Of a stretch of DNA of 64,000 nt, positions 46,153-58,852 are shown one piece after another. A program made the position numbers and the translations under genes. Below the pieces are notes generated by a model. The model had not been told where the DNA came from. It made no database searches and saw nothing but the letters and a program-made list of their open reading frames with translations. This DNA comes from Elsinoe ampelina (taxonomy: Eukaryota): NCBI GenBank assembly GCA_010093995.1, contig ML992505.1, positions 473,433 to 537,432 of the forward strand. The letters run 5' to 3'. Position 1 is the stretch's first letter, and the number at the start of each line of letters is the position of its first letter.

Positions 46153-48961
46153 TCATGAGTAGTAATTGGATATTACAGCAAATAACCTCTCCAGAACCTG
46201 TACCTGGTAGGTAGCTACCTGCCAGGTCTGCGCATATCCGGTAAGCAATTTCTGTCCGAGTGCAAGGATACGGAGCGGAGCTTGCCTCGCATTGATATCA
46301 CCGACACCAGATATCAAAGCAGTCATCTTACCCGGCTGACCCGTTCGTACCCAGATCTGAGCCATCTCGTCATCAACCGGTCGATCAAGCCGCACGAACG
46401 ACAGCTCTTCGTCCTCGGTCACTTGTACTACCAGAGATTGGGATGGCGAAGCGGCGAGATTGCGGATGTTCGTTCTCGAGAAGCCATCTGTTGAGATATC
46501 TGGGAGCTGGGTTGGGTCACCAGGGGCCCCAGATGTATGACCGCTGGACGCTCCAGCTGTGTACGTGCTGTAGGCCCAGAGTGCCAGGATAGAGAGGTAG
46601 ACGCTTTTGGCTTCGTAGAATGCGTTGTCGCTGAAACGTCGGACATACCACAGAAGAGCACCGACGTGCAGCATTGACAACCGTGCTTTGTGCTCGTCCC
46701 GTCTGACCCAGTACAAGATATCTTGCTCATAGTTACGTCGATCTTGTGGCCGAGTATTGATATGAGGCAAGAGTGCAGATACGGAGTTGCCGAAGGTAGA
46801 TACGAGACACTCTATCTCCCGAAGGGGGACCAGTAGTGCGATCCTTGCGAAATGAAGATGAAATACTGTATCGTGCTCTTTGCCGAAGTTTGCCGCGATT
46901 ACGCTGTTAGCTTGCCAGTGGAGGATATCCATACAGTCACAGGCAGCATTCCGCCACTTCGCAAATGCTGGGTCGCTCGGGAGCCAGTCTCTATGCTGGT
47001 CGTTCCGACCGTCGTCGGCTCGATTGCTTGGATGTGAGATACAGGGGATATTTTGCGACGGTGTCCACGATGACAGAGCCCTTTTGTGGAAGCGCTCGAC
47101 CGCCATGACCTCGGAACGAATGCCGTGTAACATAAGGAGCTGCCCGAAACGTCCAGTATTCCTGTCAAATTGTCGATGTGTGAATAGTCGTGACACCGAT
47201 CGATGAAGAGTTGGCGATCTTGATGTCGAATCATTCTGTTTCTCCGTTGGCAGAGGAGCTTGCGCATCTTCCACAGTCAGCAAACTAGGTTGGTGAAAGT
47301 GTGTTTCAATCATGCTGTCAAGAAGCTAGAATGCATTCAGCAACAGACATCCTAACATGAGCGTTACGAAAGCATACCCATATCATATAACCTAACCAAG
47401 CTTCATTTTCGCTGCGGGAAGTCTGCTGTGTGCTGTCATAAGATATCGTGTCTTCGAACAAGTGCAGCTTCCTCCCGAGTCTTATTAGAGTTGCATGCCT
47501 ATCAAGAGCATATGCAATAAAGTCCAGACTGCTACCGTACAGTAGACCGATCTGAAGTAGAACGAGTGCCTGCAAGAACTCGAGAGGCGGCATGCAACGG
47601 GCGTATTTCTCCATGCCAACATTCGTAGCCCTTCGACATAGTTCGAGCATTGGTCTGTCACAAGCGGCCAGATGGGGACTTTCAGCTTGCATGGCACCCA
47701 ATCCTGCTATGGCCATGACGAGCTCCGGACAATCATTAAGTCTGACCGTTGTGGTTGACTGTAGCGGAATCTGCTCAGCGAGCTTCTCACTGTAGAGCGC
47801 TAGTAGACACTCGAGATGTCGCTTTGTCGGAAATTCTGCAGTCTTGAAAACCTCATATTCATCCAGAGGTGTGAAGCAGAGCTTCGTGAAAGTCTGCTTG
47901 ATGTCCGTATACACTGTGTCACTGATTCTGGTTTCTGTGGTGTCCTTCTGGTGCCCGATCGCCTCGTCGAGCTCTGTCATGAACGGAAATGAGTATGAGT
48001 GCTTGCCTGGTTCTGATTCACTACTATTCAAGGTAAGAGGTCTTCGGGATCTGGCCCGTGATATGTTCGGACTGGCTGGCATTCCAAAGGGTGCTCTGGC
48101 GCCGTCATTGCTCGTGGCGTAGAGTGCACCGCTCGAGTCTGAAATATGAGTCTGGTCAATTACCAGCATTTCGGGCTCTTGAACTTGGCCTACGGTGGTA
48201 GAGCCAGTGTTCGTCAGCGCCTCGGGAGTGCTCGTCGAATGCTGCGAGATCATTGTGGGTACAGGCTGATCAAAGAAGGACGGAGATTGCATGTCGAAGA
48301 AGTCGAATGTCAAATCCGCGTCTAAATTCGCCGGAAGCCAGTTCATGTCGGTTGTCAAGAGGTCGCCAAAGTTTTGACCGTTCCAGTCGCCGCTGGGTGG
48401 CGGATTGGGCACGGGTAGCATGCCTTGCGGTAATGATTGTGATCCAGCCTGACATGTGTCTTCGAGATGAGTTGGGACGAACTGTGTAGCGACATGGTGA
48501 TCTTGGTAGCCATTACTTGAAGCTGAGCGGATGTCCCCGTTGGAAGCCATCGGTGCCATGTCGTCTGCCATAGGGCCCATACTGCCGGCGTGTTCTGTGT
48601 GAGAAGCATCAGCCATGGCATTCTCGTTCAACGACGCCGAAGATGCGAGAGGGTATTCGCACTCCAGTCCTCGATCGGCGCATCGTAAGCATATGCTTTC
48701 CTTGGTGCATCGTACTCGAGCAGAGGCACATTGTCTGCAAGCTCGCGGCAATCGGTCCAGATCACCGCTCGTCACTGGCAGTGCGTTGTGGACAGCCGCA
48801 CGGTGTCGGTTGAGGACATCACTGCGATGAAATCTCTTGCCACATATCGAACAAGCATGGCGCTTGTTTCGATGTTGCTGTTGATGCCTCCTCAGATGCT
48901 CCGGGCGAGCGAATGTGCGGGGACAGTCCGGACAGCTGAATGATGGACGTGGCGAAGACAT
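46153..48961 (-). CDS. Transcription factor with two C2H2 fingers, a Zn(II)2Cys6 cluster and a fungal TF domain
   Basis: CPDC..HQQQH, CSIC..HRAAVH, CRQCASARVRCTKESICLRCADRGLEC; intron 47326-47377. Confidence 0.85.
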
Positions 48962-49291
48962 GCCTGGTCCGATCTGGTATGCATCTTTGCCTGTTGTTTA
49001 CCGGCTAACAGAATGCCAGAGGTTTGTGCGAAGATGGAAGGCGTTCGCCTCAATCAATCACGGAGTGTAAAGTACAAGTAAGAAGAACCAACCCATAAGA
49101 AAGCCTCAGTTACAGTAACCTCGGTTACATGCTGGGCGACACTTCCAGACTATCGATGCCATAGCAGTGAGAGCAAATTTTCCGGTTCTACGTTTATGGA
49201 GTCGCTGAGACGGTGCATGTCTTCATCTAGAGCATAGACTAGCTGACGCCACGATGATCACGTGACCCTGACCAGTTCCCACACAGCTCTA

Positions 49292-51283
49292 TCACTGCCC
49301 ATCCACCTCCCTCCTCAACAACACCTCCCCACCACTAACACTACTCCTCCCCGCCACCGTCGCCCTCAGCACCCCGGCCTTGACCAAATCCTCCACCAGC
49401 CCAAAAATCATCCCATCACACCCCCTAGCCGCCAAAACATCCACCGTCACCGGCAAAATCTCCGTCACCCCCGTGACATCACTCCTATACCCCGCCTCAC
49501 CCACCGGCACAACCACATCGGGCCCACCAGCGAAAACACTGATGCGCCCCGTACTGAACCCAAACGGCACCGTGGGCGGTCCCCCGTACCGGTTCCTGTA
49601 GCTCCCACTCGCCGAACTACCAGGGTAGAGGAGGAGTTTGTCCGAGCACGTCGCGGGATCGGCGCGGAGGATGTTCGCGTCCCACCAGTTTGCGAACACG
49701 GTCTTGTTGGCGTTGGCTTCGGCCAGGGCGGAGTCGGGGACTGTGTCGCCGTAACCCCAGCGGACGAGAGGCGCGGGGTTGACGAACGGGCGTCGGCCGC
49801 CGTTGGCTGCGGCGTAGGCGGCGTAGAAGGGGTCGCGGACGAGACGGGTTTGTTGTTTCGCGATGATGATGGGGTAGGTGAGGTTGAGGAAGGTGGCGAG
49901 GGAGGGGTCGGCGCCGGCGGGGGTGGAGTTGGTCCAGGCGGTGGCGGTGGAGAAGGTGGAGACGGAGGCGTTGAGGAAGGTGGTGAGGTTGCGGAGGAAG
50001 GCGAGTTGGAGTTGGGAGGAGGGGGAGGTGGCGTTGGCGAGGGGGAAGCCGGTCGTGAGGATTTGCGTGGGGTAGCGTCGGGTGATGGTGATGTTGGAGC
50101 CGTAGAGGACTTGGGAGGCGGTGGACCAGAGGATGGGATCGCGGGTGAGGAAGCCGGGGGTGTCGAGTTCAGGGGCTAGGGGCATGACACCGTCAAGGGT
50201 AACGAGGTCGTGGGATGGTCGGTTGCCGTAGAGGCCTTGGACTTGGGATGGACCGCGGACAGAGCCTCCAGTGTCTGAGCCGATGGAGATGTCGAGCCAT
50301 GGGTAGGTGCCAGATCCTGCACCAGCACCGGATGAGGAGGAAGATGGGATTTGATATCCATCGCCACGAGGGTTGAATGGTGCAAGATAGTCAACCCAGT
50401 CGGCAGTGGGAGATTCACCGTTTGCGAACTGTGACGTTTTCTGCTTGCCAACTATGATAGCACCGGCATCTACCGCTGGATAGAGGGAGCAGTGGCCGTT
50501 GCAGCAGGGTAGAAGCTGTACCACGCTCGGTTGCCATTTGACTTCTTGAGGCCAGCGACATCGTAGATATCCTTGACTCCGAGACGTACACCTGCGAGAG
50601 GTTTGGCAGGAGTCTTGGTGTAATACAACCTTGATGGTACTGCAACAGCCAGTGATTGACCAGGTATGTTTGCAGGAAGTACGGTGAAGCCACCACCAGA
50701 CGCAGGAATAATAGTCTCGGTGAAGGATCCGGCAAAGTCGCTGAAGAGTCGCCACGCTTGATAGATCTTCCCGTCATTGTCCACAAAGTAGGGACCTTGA
50801 GGAACAGCTCGATCGTTACTGACAAAGGCAGAGGTGACTGCAGCACCCGTGCCTAGTCGCTCCGAAGATGCATCTCCGGAGTTTCCACGAGATCCAAAGC
50901 CAGTGTACTGTACATAGATGCCTGCTTATGATCAGTACTGCAGCTGTCAGTGCTTCCGATCATAATTTACCTGCTAGGAATCCTCGTGTAAAGACATCAT
51001 CCTCTTGAAGGAACTTGCTTGTCGTGGCGCTGAAGTCGCGGCCAGCGAAGCCTTGGAAAGTAGTCGAGATCACAGTCAAAGGCAATAGACCACCAGACCT
51101 TTCCACATTCCTGCGGATCCTCAGGAAGGCAAAGCCTGGAATCTCGGCTACACTGCTTGCTGGAATGTAGTAATAGTTGCCATCGAGTTGCACCGTCTGA
51201 CCAGTCTTCTGCAAGCCCTGTGCGTAGACAAGACTTATCGATAGCGACACCAAAGACACAAGCAGGCTGGAGAAGTATACCAT
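49292..51283 (-). pseudogene. Secreted amidase-signature enzyme (GatA-like) with a frameshift near 50470
   Basis: Signal peptide from 51283, intron 50922-50970, GVKDIY, then APSIQR-stop, while [16 protein letters not shown] and GSDTGGSVR continue in another frame. Confidence 0.75.
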
Positions 51284-51808
51284 GTTGACGATTGTACGAG
51301 TACTACTTGTCCAGGTAGCTGGGAAAGCTTGACAAGTAGTCATATAATAAAATCGCCTACCTCGAATCCATTGTCATCTTCAGGCGATCTTCCGCTCGAT
51401 GCCATGGAGACCAGTACCACAGCTTCGGGTATACCTGGCCCATTTACAGTGAAGATCGCTTGCCGAAAGCCACATGGCAATGGATCTGGTAAAAGAGCCA
51501 AGATGAATGACAGGTTGAGGCTTATGACATGCCAGATGCGGACAAGGACTGCTAAGCAACCCAGGATATCAACTGATAAGACATGTGCCTTGACAAGTAG
51601 CGCAGCGCTTGGTATGCATGATAGAGATGTCGTTGAGGGCAGAAGCGGGGGAGATAGGAAGCGGGAGGAGGGGACATGGTCGCTTGGCGATCTGCAAACC
51701 GAAAGGAATGCATGCGGCTCCGCTATCGGACATGAGGTTTTTGACTCGTGGATTCTTATCGTTATCTACACTTCCAACCTGATGACAAGCACAAAGGCGC
51801 CATTTCTT

Positions 51809-53733
51809 TTACATGAACGGCAGTGCATGTCCATCTCCACGTGGATCACTACCCGCGCTCCACACTCCCCGGCCTTCCGCCTCGTCAACATGCCAACGAA
51901 TGACTTGACCTCTGCCAAACAATCCTCTGCCCATACCTTCTACGAACTCAACCTTGTGGCCAAGCTTGGTCAACTGATCGGCCACTTCCTTTGAGATGCC
52001 TTCCTCGAGGTAGACTGCTCGATCAAAAACGTCTCCTGCGTCTGGCATACCTGCACCAATGCAGACGCGAGGAGCATCAAGGGCTGTCTGAGGCGTATGC
52101 TGGAAGACCAGCATGTTTAGCAACACTTGGAGATGCCCTTGTGGCTGCATGAAGCCGCCCATGACACCATACACCGAATGCAGGCTCTGATCTGAAACAT
52201 TCGTGATGAGAGCCGGGATGATGGTGTGGTATGGTCGCTTGTTCGGCTCGAGGATGTTCGGATGATCGGTAGGTCCCAGAACAAAGTTGGACCCTCTGTT
52301 CTGCAATGTGAAGCCGCAGCCTTTTGGCACGATACCAGTACCGAAGCCAGCATAGTTGGAATTGATGAAGGAGATGCCATTGCCTTCGCTGTCCGTCGCG
52401 GCAAAGTAGACGGTGTCGGAGTGATTGTGTGCAGGAGAGCCATGATCGAGGGGAGGTGTGGCCTTTTTGGGGTCGAACAGCTTTGCTCGCTCGGTGAGGT
52501 ATGGTTTCGAGATGAGTTCCTTGATTGGCACTTTTGCGACGTTCGGGTCCGCGACCCACCAGTTGGCATCTGCGAAGGCGATTCTCAGTACCTCGACGAC
52601 TGCATGCAGGTGCTCGGCGGTGTTGTGATCTTCTGGTGTGAATTTTTTGACCTTGCCCTGCTCTTCGAGGATCTCGAGCATGCCGAGAGCCATCAGCGCG
52701 ACAATGCCCTGTCCGTTTGGTGGATGCTCCCAGAGCTCAACGCCTTCCGAGCTCTTGTCGTGCATTTGCTGGCCATGGCTATCCTCGACACCTTGACCTC
52801 TGAACTTCAAACTGATGGCCTCAGTGTCTTCAGAACCAAGACTCATGTGGTTCTTCAGGTCATCCAGGGTGAGAAGACCACCTTTGTCTTGGACAACCTT
52901 GACCAGCTCTTCAGCGATCTCGCCCGTGTAGAATCCTGCTTTTCCACCTTTTGCTACTCTGCGAAAGGTGTTGGCCAATGTCGGATTTCGCATAATGTCG
53001 CCTGGCTTTGGCGCTCTGACACCATCTTTGGCATTAGGATCCTTCTTCAGCACTTCTCTGAAGTTCGGCGAGGCGTTGCGCAACAATTGCTCGCTCTTGC
53101 CCCACTGCAAAGTGTCAGCTAGTCGTTTGATATGGCTCCAGAATTCGTACGTAGAACCCCATCAGTTCTGAGACTGGGAAGCCTTGCTCGCCCAGCTCGA
53201 TAGCAGGGGTCAGGATCTGCTCCATACTGAGCTTCCCACTGCCAAATTTTTCAATCACATCAACCCATCCAGCAGCTGCTCCGGGTACAGTGACGGAATG
53301 TGCGCTCGTCAAGGGAATCTTTCCAGGCTCCCCATCCTTGATTCCCAGATCCTTGCGAACTTTGTCCACCGTAACTTGTGCACCAGCTCTTCCTGACCCA
53401 TTGAGGGAGTGGACCTTCTTCGTCTTTGCATTGTAGAATAGGCAAAACATGTCTCCTCCGATACCAGTGCTGCCGGGCTCAGTCATGTTGAGCCCAGCAG
53501 CAGTCGCGACAGCAGCATCCTAGGCATATATTAGTCGTATTCAATGCTTCCCGATAAGTAGAACATACAGCGCAATTACCTCCTTGCTGGAGGATCCTCA
53601 GACCGCAATTCGAGGCCAATGGCTGTGTACTGGAGACGATTCCTTTGGTAGAATGAACGACACTTCTGCGAGATGCAAAGTGTACAAACTCTGGGTCTTC
53701 AGCCGGGTAAACGGACTTTGTGTTGAGCGGCAT
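51809..53733 (-). CDS. Cytosolic gamma-glutamyltranspeptidase-family Ntn hydrolase
   Basis: MPLN at 53733, introns 53520-53568 and 53105-53150; GIGGD, PPNGQG, SD|TVY (nucleophile Thr), [32 protein letters not shown]. Confidence 0.9.
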
Positions 53734-54627
53734 CTTGAGAAGTAGTTGAGGTGGTGCTTGCAGATGTGGGAGGAAAAGCAACAGGGACGATGTCAAATAC
53801 CAACCTGCGATCACCAGCAGCTCCTTCAAGAGATGTACGGCGCGAATGTGCCGGTCGATACACTATTTTACGTGATGAACGTCAACAAGCAAAGGATCGA
53901 TCAATCCCACCATTACACTGTGGCCCGAGCAAATTGGCCTGCTGCATCTGTGATAGCTCTCCCAGGCCCGCCTTTTTTAGTCTGGTCGGCGTCATCGTGT
54001 AGCGGGGCAATCCCCTCGGCATTCGATCAGGGAACGAGGGGCAGACGGCTGGAAGAGGTCACGTGGAATACCAGAGGCGGACCTCTTCCGTCGTTTCTCG
54101 TCCGACATATGATTGGTCAGCTGCCTGATCGCAGGCTTCCTTCCCACCTCATCTTTCGACCTCATCTCTCGACTCTGAAGACCGTTCATCAACGACCAAC
54201 AAGTGACTAATGCACAGATCGAATAAGTGCTAGGAAGGTCTTGGGTAAAGACAAATAGTCCCAGATCAGAACCTCTCCTAAACCCCAGAAGCATGCACGC
54301 CAAGCTCATTTCGCCTGTGACTCAAATCCTTCAGCCACAACTGTTCAGCTACTCGTAAGCTCGTGCCTCACTTTGTGCCCGTTACCAGCAGGGTTGCATG
54401 CCGGTAAGCTGGCGGCCTGATTGGTGCCTGTAATGGTTTGGGCAGCTTTCCCCAGATTCAAGAGAAATGCTTATAGAGAGCTTCTAAGACAACTTAAAGT
54501 AGAGTCATCAGGCAAGACTCAGTCGATAGGCAGCAGTAGAGGTCTCTACCTATAAAGCTCCTCTCACTTGACTCAAAGTTGCTCGCACCTTACTCAGCAC
54601 AAAATCAACACACCACAGCCGATCATC

Positions 54628-57555
54628 ATGGTATCTTGCAATTGTGGACTCTTCTTTATCATTCCAGACCAGTACGGACATCAGCGACGGACGTATCTAC
54701 CTCAACTCACTGCCAAATCGCATACGACCATACAGGCGACATCATACACGACACTATTGCGCCAAACTTTCTCGAATCCTTTAGATCAGAACCACAAGCA
54801 GACCTCTTACGAGTTCCCCTTGTACGATGGCATTGCGGTGACCTCATTCACTTGCACCATCGGTGATCGCAAGATCTTTGGTAAAGTCGAGGAGAAGGAA
54901 AAGGCTCGCAAGACGTTCAAGCAAGCCGTCGACCGCGGCGAGTCGGCAGGCCTTTTGTCCACCGCGCCTGCCGGGATCTTCACCATCAGTGTTGGAAACA
55001 TTCCAGCCAGGAGCAACGTTGTTGTCGACATTGAGTATGGTGGAGAGCTCAAGCATGATGCTCAGATTGATGGGATTCGATTTACCCTTCCCACCGCAAT
55101 AGCACCACGATATGGCTCTTACCCTGGAGATGTCCTCGGATTGGGTACCACCGCACAACAGCGTGGTATTCAGATCGATGTCGACCTGGATCTCGCTCCC
55201 ATGAAGGTCACCTCCCTTCGTACCACCAGCACTACCTTCGAGTCACTCCTGACACCGACCTTCGCCACCGAGAAGGATGGACGAGTCCTCGCCGCCAGTG
55301 CTTCAATACTCCTCATTGGGTCCGAAATGACAGAGGACTTTGTCTTGCTCGCTGAAGTCGATGGTATTGGAAAACCTCAAGCTCTTCTCGACACAAGCCA
55401 TGACTGCAACACGGTCATGGCTACCTTCGTGCCCAAGTTCAAGCTCCCGAACATCAAGCCCGAGATTGTCTTTGTCGCCGATCAATCTGGTAGTATGGCA
55501 GGGGGGAAGACGAAGTCACTTGTGGATGCATTGACGGTTTTTCTGAAAAGCTTGCCCGCGGGTGCAGTCTTCAATATCTGCGCATTTGGTTCAAGATATG
55601 ACTTTGTCTTCAAGACCAGCCAGCCCTACACCCAAGAGACTGCTACCCAAGCATTGAACTACGTAAAGACCTTCCGGGCTCAATACGGTGGGACTGAACT
55701 TCAACGACCGATCGAGGATGTCTTCAAGAAGTATTCTGGTAATCACCCTCTGGAGATTATCCTGCTCACTGACGGGGAGATCTGGGGTGAAGAGCCACTT
55801 TTTGACTTCATCAACGACCAGATCATCATCAAAAAGGTTGATGCTCGTCTGTTTTGCTTAGGCTTCGGACGCGACGTCTCCCACACTCTGGTGGAAGGAG
55901 TGGCTCGAGCCAGTCGTGGACTGTCCCAATTCGTCACCGACAAAGAGAATCTTGACCAGAAGGTTGTACGAATGCTCAAAGCTTCGCTTTCACCGCACTT
56001 CAAGGATGTTGCAATCAAGCTCAACCATGACGAGGAGGAGTTTGAAGTGGTGGAATCTGCTGGTAATCACTCCGCCGATGAGACGAGCACTCTCCCACTT
56101 GGACAGTCAAAAGAGCATGTGTCGACGTCTCTCTTCGACCAGGCAGCGGATCTGGACACACCGATTCCTGGCAGTGACGACGAAGTTCTGAAGAACACGA
56201 ATACAACGATCGATCCGTTCAACTTTACGGCACCCCATGACATATCGTTGTTCCCATTCAGTCGCACGACCGTCTTTGGCATGACCAGCCGAACCAGCAC
56301 TCCGCCTGTATCTTTGACGTTAACTGCCAAGTCATCGTCCGGCCCCCTGGAACTGACCATCCCAATCGAAGCGAGCCACGGCAGTGCATCCATTATCAGG
56401 AAACTCGCCGCTCGGACTTTTGTCCACGATCTCGAGCAAGGTCGCCTTCCACCAACCTTCGAAGCCAAGTTCAACTCTCCGACTACCAGGACTGAGCTAC
56501 TCCAGAAAGCCATCACGAACATCGGCGAGATCCACCAGATCCCAACAAAGTACACCTCATATGTAGCTGTCGAGGATAAGATCTCACAAGGTCTTCCTCC
56601 CGAAGGGGAAGCCCCACCATCATACGGAGGAGCCTTGACTCCATCGTCCTTCGGAGGAGCCCAACCAAGGATGATGAGAATGAGCGCCATCCCACCTCCA
56701 CCACCTGCACCTGCACCTGCGTCGTCCTTCCAAGGTTTTGGCACACCAAGTGTAACGACTTCCGGTGGACTTTTCGGCTCTCGTCAGTCGGCAGTTGGTA
56801 AAGCATTCGGTAGTGCGCCGGTCCCAGCCCCAGCCCCAGCCCCAGGGGGCGGTGGTACAGGAATTTTCGGCGGTCTGTTTGGCGGTTCCAGGGCAGCTTC
56901 AAAGCCTCAAGCCGCGGCATACGGCGCACCTTCCGCGTCGTCTGCTGGAGCTTTCGGGGTCATGTCGCGCATGCATAGCGATGAAAGGAGTCGCGATCGC
57001 GGCCGTACTGCTCCGTCACCACCTGGAATGTCGGCTCAGCTTGCGCAATCTTCGATACAACGCAGGGCTGTGACCGATGACGATGACGATAGCGATGGTG
57101 AAGATACGGGTGCCCTGAGGTTCCTGTGCGATCGTGATTCTGACGGTAGCGACGAGGAAGATGAGACCAATGCCAACAGGTTTCTAAGCTCCGGCGGCAG
57201 CCATCAGAGCGCTGCTCGGAAGAAGAAATCGCGGGCTCGAGCTGGAGGACGAGACGAAGATGTATCCACTCTCAGCATCGAGGAGAGGTTAAGGATCATC
57301 ATCTCGGAGCAGAGCTTCGATGGCTTCTGGGCACCAAGTGTAAGGTTACTGCAGGCATTGCAGCTGGATGTTGACACTGCTGGAATGAATCCGGAGCTCA
57401 TCACGGTCCTGGTCCTGATCGTACTTGAAGAGAAGTTTGACAAGCTGGAGGAGGTGTGGGAGCTTTGTGGTGACAAGGCAGAGGCGTGGCTGGGGAGCAA
57501 GATGGATGGGAAGGGGTTTGAGAAGATGAAGGAGACTGCTCGACGTTTGTTGTAG
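54628..57555 (+). CDS. VIT + von Willebrand A domain protein (VWA5A-like)
   Basis: YEFPL..F, G.V.EKEKARKTF, SVGNIP, RFTLPTAIAPRY, MIDAS DQSGSM, GGTE, LTDGE, TKYTSYVAV, QSFDGFW. Confidence 0.85.
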   Translation: MVSCNCGLFFIIPDQYGHQRRTYLPQLTAKSHTTIQATSYTTLLRQTFSNPLDQNHKQTSYEFPLYDGIAVTSFTCTIGDRKIFGKVEEKEKARKTFKQAVDRGESAGLLSTAPAGIFTISVGNIPARSNVVVDIEYGGELKHDAQIDGIRFTLPTAIAPRYGSYPGDVLGLGTTAQQRGIQIDVDLDLAPMKVTSLRTTSTTFESLLTPTFATEKDGRVLAASASILLIGSEMTEDFVLLAEVDGIGKPQALLDTSHDCNTVMATFVPKFKLPNIKPEIVFVADQSGSMAGGKTKSLVDALTVFLKSLPAGAVFNICAFGSRYDFVFKTSQPYTQETATQALNYVKTFRAQYGGTELQRPIEDVFKKYSGNHPLEIILLTDGEIWGEEPLFDFINDQIIIKKVDARLFCLGFGRDVSHTLVEGVARASRGLSQFVTDKENLDQKVVRMLKASLSPHFKDVAIKLNHDEEEFEVVESAGNHSADETSTLPLGQSKEHVSTSLFDQAADLDTPIPGSDDEVLKNTNTTIDPFNFTAPHDISLFPFSRTTVFGMTSRTSTPPVSLTLTAKSSSGPLELTIPIEASHGSASIIRKLAARTFVHDLEQGRLPPTFEAKFNSPTTRTELLQKAITNIGEIHQIPTKYTSYVAVEDKISQGLPPEGEAPPSYGGALTPSSFGGAQPRMMRMSAIPPPPPAPAPASSFQGFGTPSVTTSGGLFGSRQSAVGKAFGSAPVPAPAPAPGGGGTGIFGGLFGGSRAASKPQAAAYGAPSASSAGAFGVMSRMHSDERSRDRGRTAPSPPGMSAQLAQSSIQRRAVTDDDDDSDGEDTGALRFLCDRDSDGSDEEDETNANRFLSSGGSHQSAARKKKSRARAGGRDEDVSTLSIEERLRIIISEQSFDGFWAPSVRLLQALQLDVDTAGMNPELITVLVLIVLEEKFDKLEEVWELCGDKAEAWLGSKMDGKGFEKMKETARRLL

Positions 57556-57714
57556 GGCTCAAGCCGGATCTGATATCACAAGCAATGAGCATACCCTGTG
57601 CGCCAAACAGGAAGTTGGAAATGTAATCCCTTACAACTTTGTACATACACGTCGAGTCGGTGACATGTCATCCAGAACGCCTCGCTAAACCAACAGTCTT
57701 GACCCGTACAATAT

Positions 57715-58644
57715 CTACACACCCACTATCCTTCCTCCAATTCTCATCCGCCAACCAAATCCCCCTCGTAACCTCGACGCCAGATCCGTCGTCCCAGCCT
57801 CCAGATCGGTTCCCGTCGCAGCCGCCTCCCTCTGTTCAGCCAGTTGCTGCCTGACGATCCTCGCAAACGACAAATCCGCCACCACTACCTGCCCCGAATT
57901 GAACGCATCCACAATCTGCGTATCCCCCCTCCTCGGCTCAACCCTCAACAACCTCCTCCTCTCCCCTTCCCCCTCATCCTCCTCCCCCCCTCTCACCCCC
58001 CGATTCAGCTCCCTCAACTCCACATCCCCCTCCTGATTCTCCCTCGCCAACTCCCCCCTCTCCTCAAACTCCACCGTCTGCGCCACCCCTCCCCCCTCCG
58101 TCCCCTCCTTGACCTTCTTCTTCGCCACCACCGCGCCCAGACACACCACCTGCAACACCAAAACCACCAAATCCATGCCTACCAGCCTGACCCTACTCGT
58201 CCCCCCTTTCTGCCCTATAAAATCCATCGCAAGTCCCCCATGGAGGTACCCCCTCGTGGCCTCCCCCCCCTCCGGCGTCGCAAACCAGGCATGCCAGAAA
58301 GCGCAGAGGATATTCGCGAGCAAAACGAGGATGACGGGGCGGTTCGGAGGGGAGGAGGGCGGGTCGGGCACGATGCAGGGTTTGGGTGTGAGGAAGGTGA
58401 ATTGGATCATGCAACGCAGGAGGAGTCGGAGGAAGGAGGTGTCCATGTAGTAGATTGCCGAGAGGTGGGCGTAGATGAGGATGTCGAGGGAGCGGATCAG
58501 GTCGGTCAGCAGGAGGAGGCGGCGGAGTTGGAAGAGGGTGCGTTTGTCGCGGGGTGGGGGGCGGGTGGGCGCGTTGGAGGTGGGTGGAGGGTCGTTTGGT
58601 TGGGGGGTTGGGGGAGGCGGAGGTGCGGGAGGGTCATTGTTCAT
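57715..58644 (-). CDS. DUF1746 membrane protein, Dsc4-like
   Basis: DLIRSLDILIYAHLSAIYYMDTS, FLTPKP, GEATRGYLHGGLAMDFIGQ. Confidence 0.7.
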   Translation of the reverse strand: MNNDPPAPPPPPTPQPNDPPPTSNAPTRPPPRDKRTLFQLRRLLLLTDLIRSLDILIYAHLSAIYYMDTSFLRLLLRCMIQFTFLTPKPCIVPDPPSSPPNRPVILVLLANILCAFWHAWFATPEGGEATRGYLHGGLAMDFIGQKGGTSRVRLVGMDLVVLVLQVVCLGAVVAKKKVKEGTEGGGVAQTVEFEERGELARENQEGDVELRELNRGVRGGEEDEGEGERRRLLRVEPRRGDTQIVDAFNSGQVVVADLSFARIVRQQLAEQREAAATGTDLEAGTTDLASRLRGGFGWRMRIGGRIVGV

Positions 58645-58833
58645 GGTCTGGGGGCATGAGAGGGTGTGAGTTGTGAGCGAAGCATGTGTGCTTGTTGGAC
58701 GTGTGGTTGGAGGTTGGAGTGTTTGTGCTGTATGCGGGCAAGATTGCTCATCTTTCGAGGTGAAGTCTGCGGAAGCTCGAGATACCTGCGTTGCTCGAGA
58801 TGTGGTGCGCCGTAGATGCCTAATTGAATCACG

Positions 58834-58852
58834 TCGCGTCACCCCACGCGAA
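58834..58852. promoter_or_regulatory. Two MCB/SCB-like ACGCG elements in the divergent Dsc4-like/RFC2 promoter
   Basis: tcgcgt (58834-58839) and acgcgaa (58846-58852), about 90 bp upstream of a replication gene. Short motifs, so weak evidence. Confidence 0.35.

Noticed and set aside
49109..49128. GTTAC/GTAAC dyads upstream of the TF, and the hairpin at 63664-63679
   Set aside because: Too short to distinguish from chance without conservation data.
14995..53733. DUG1 and GGT as a glutathione-degradation cluster
   Set aside because: About 35 kb and many unrelated genes apart.
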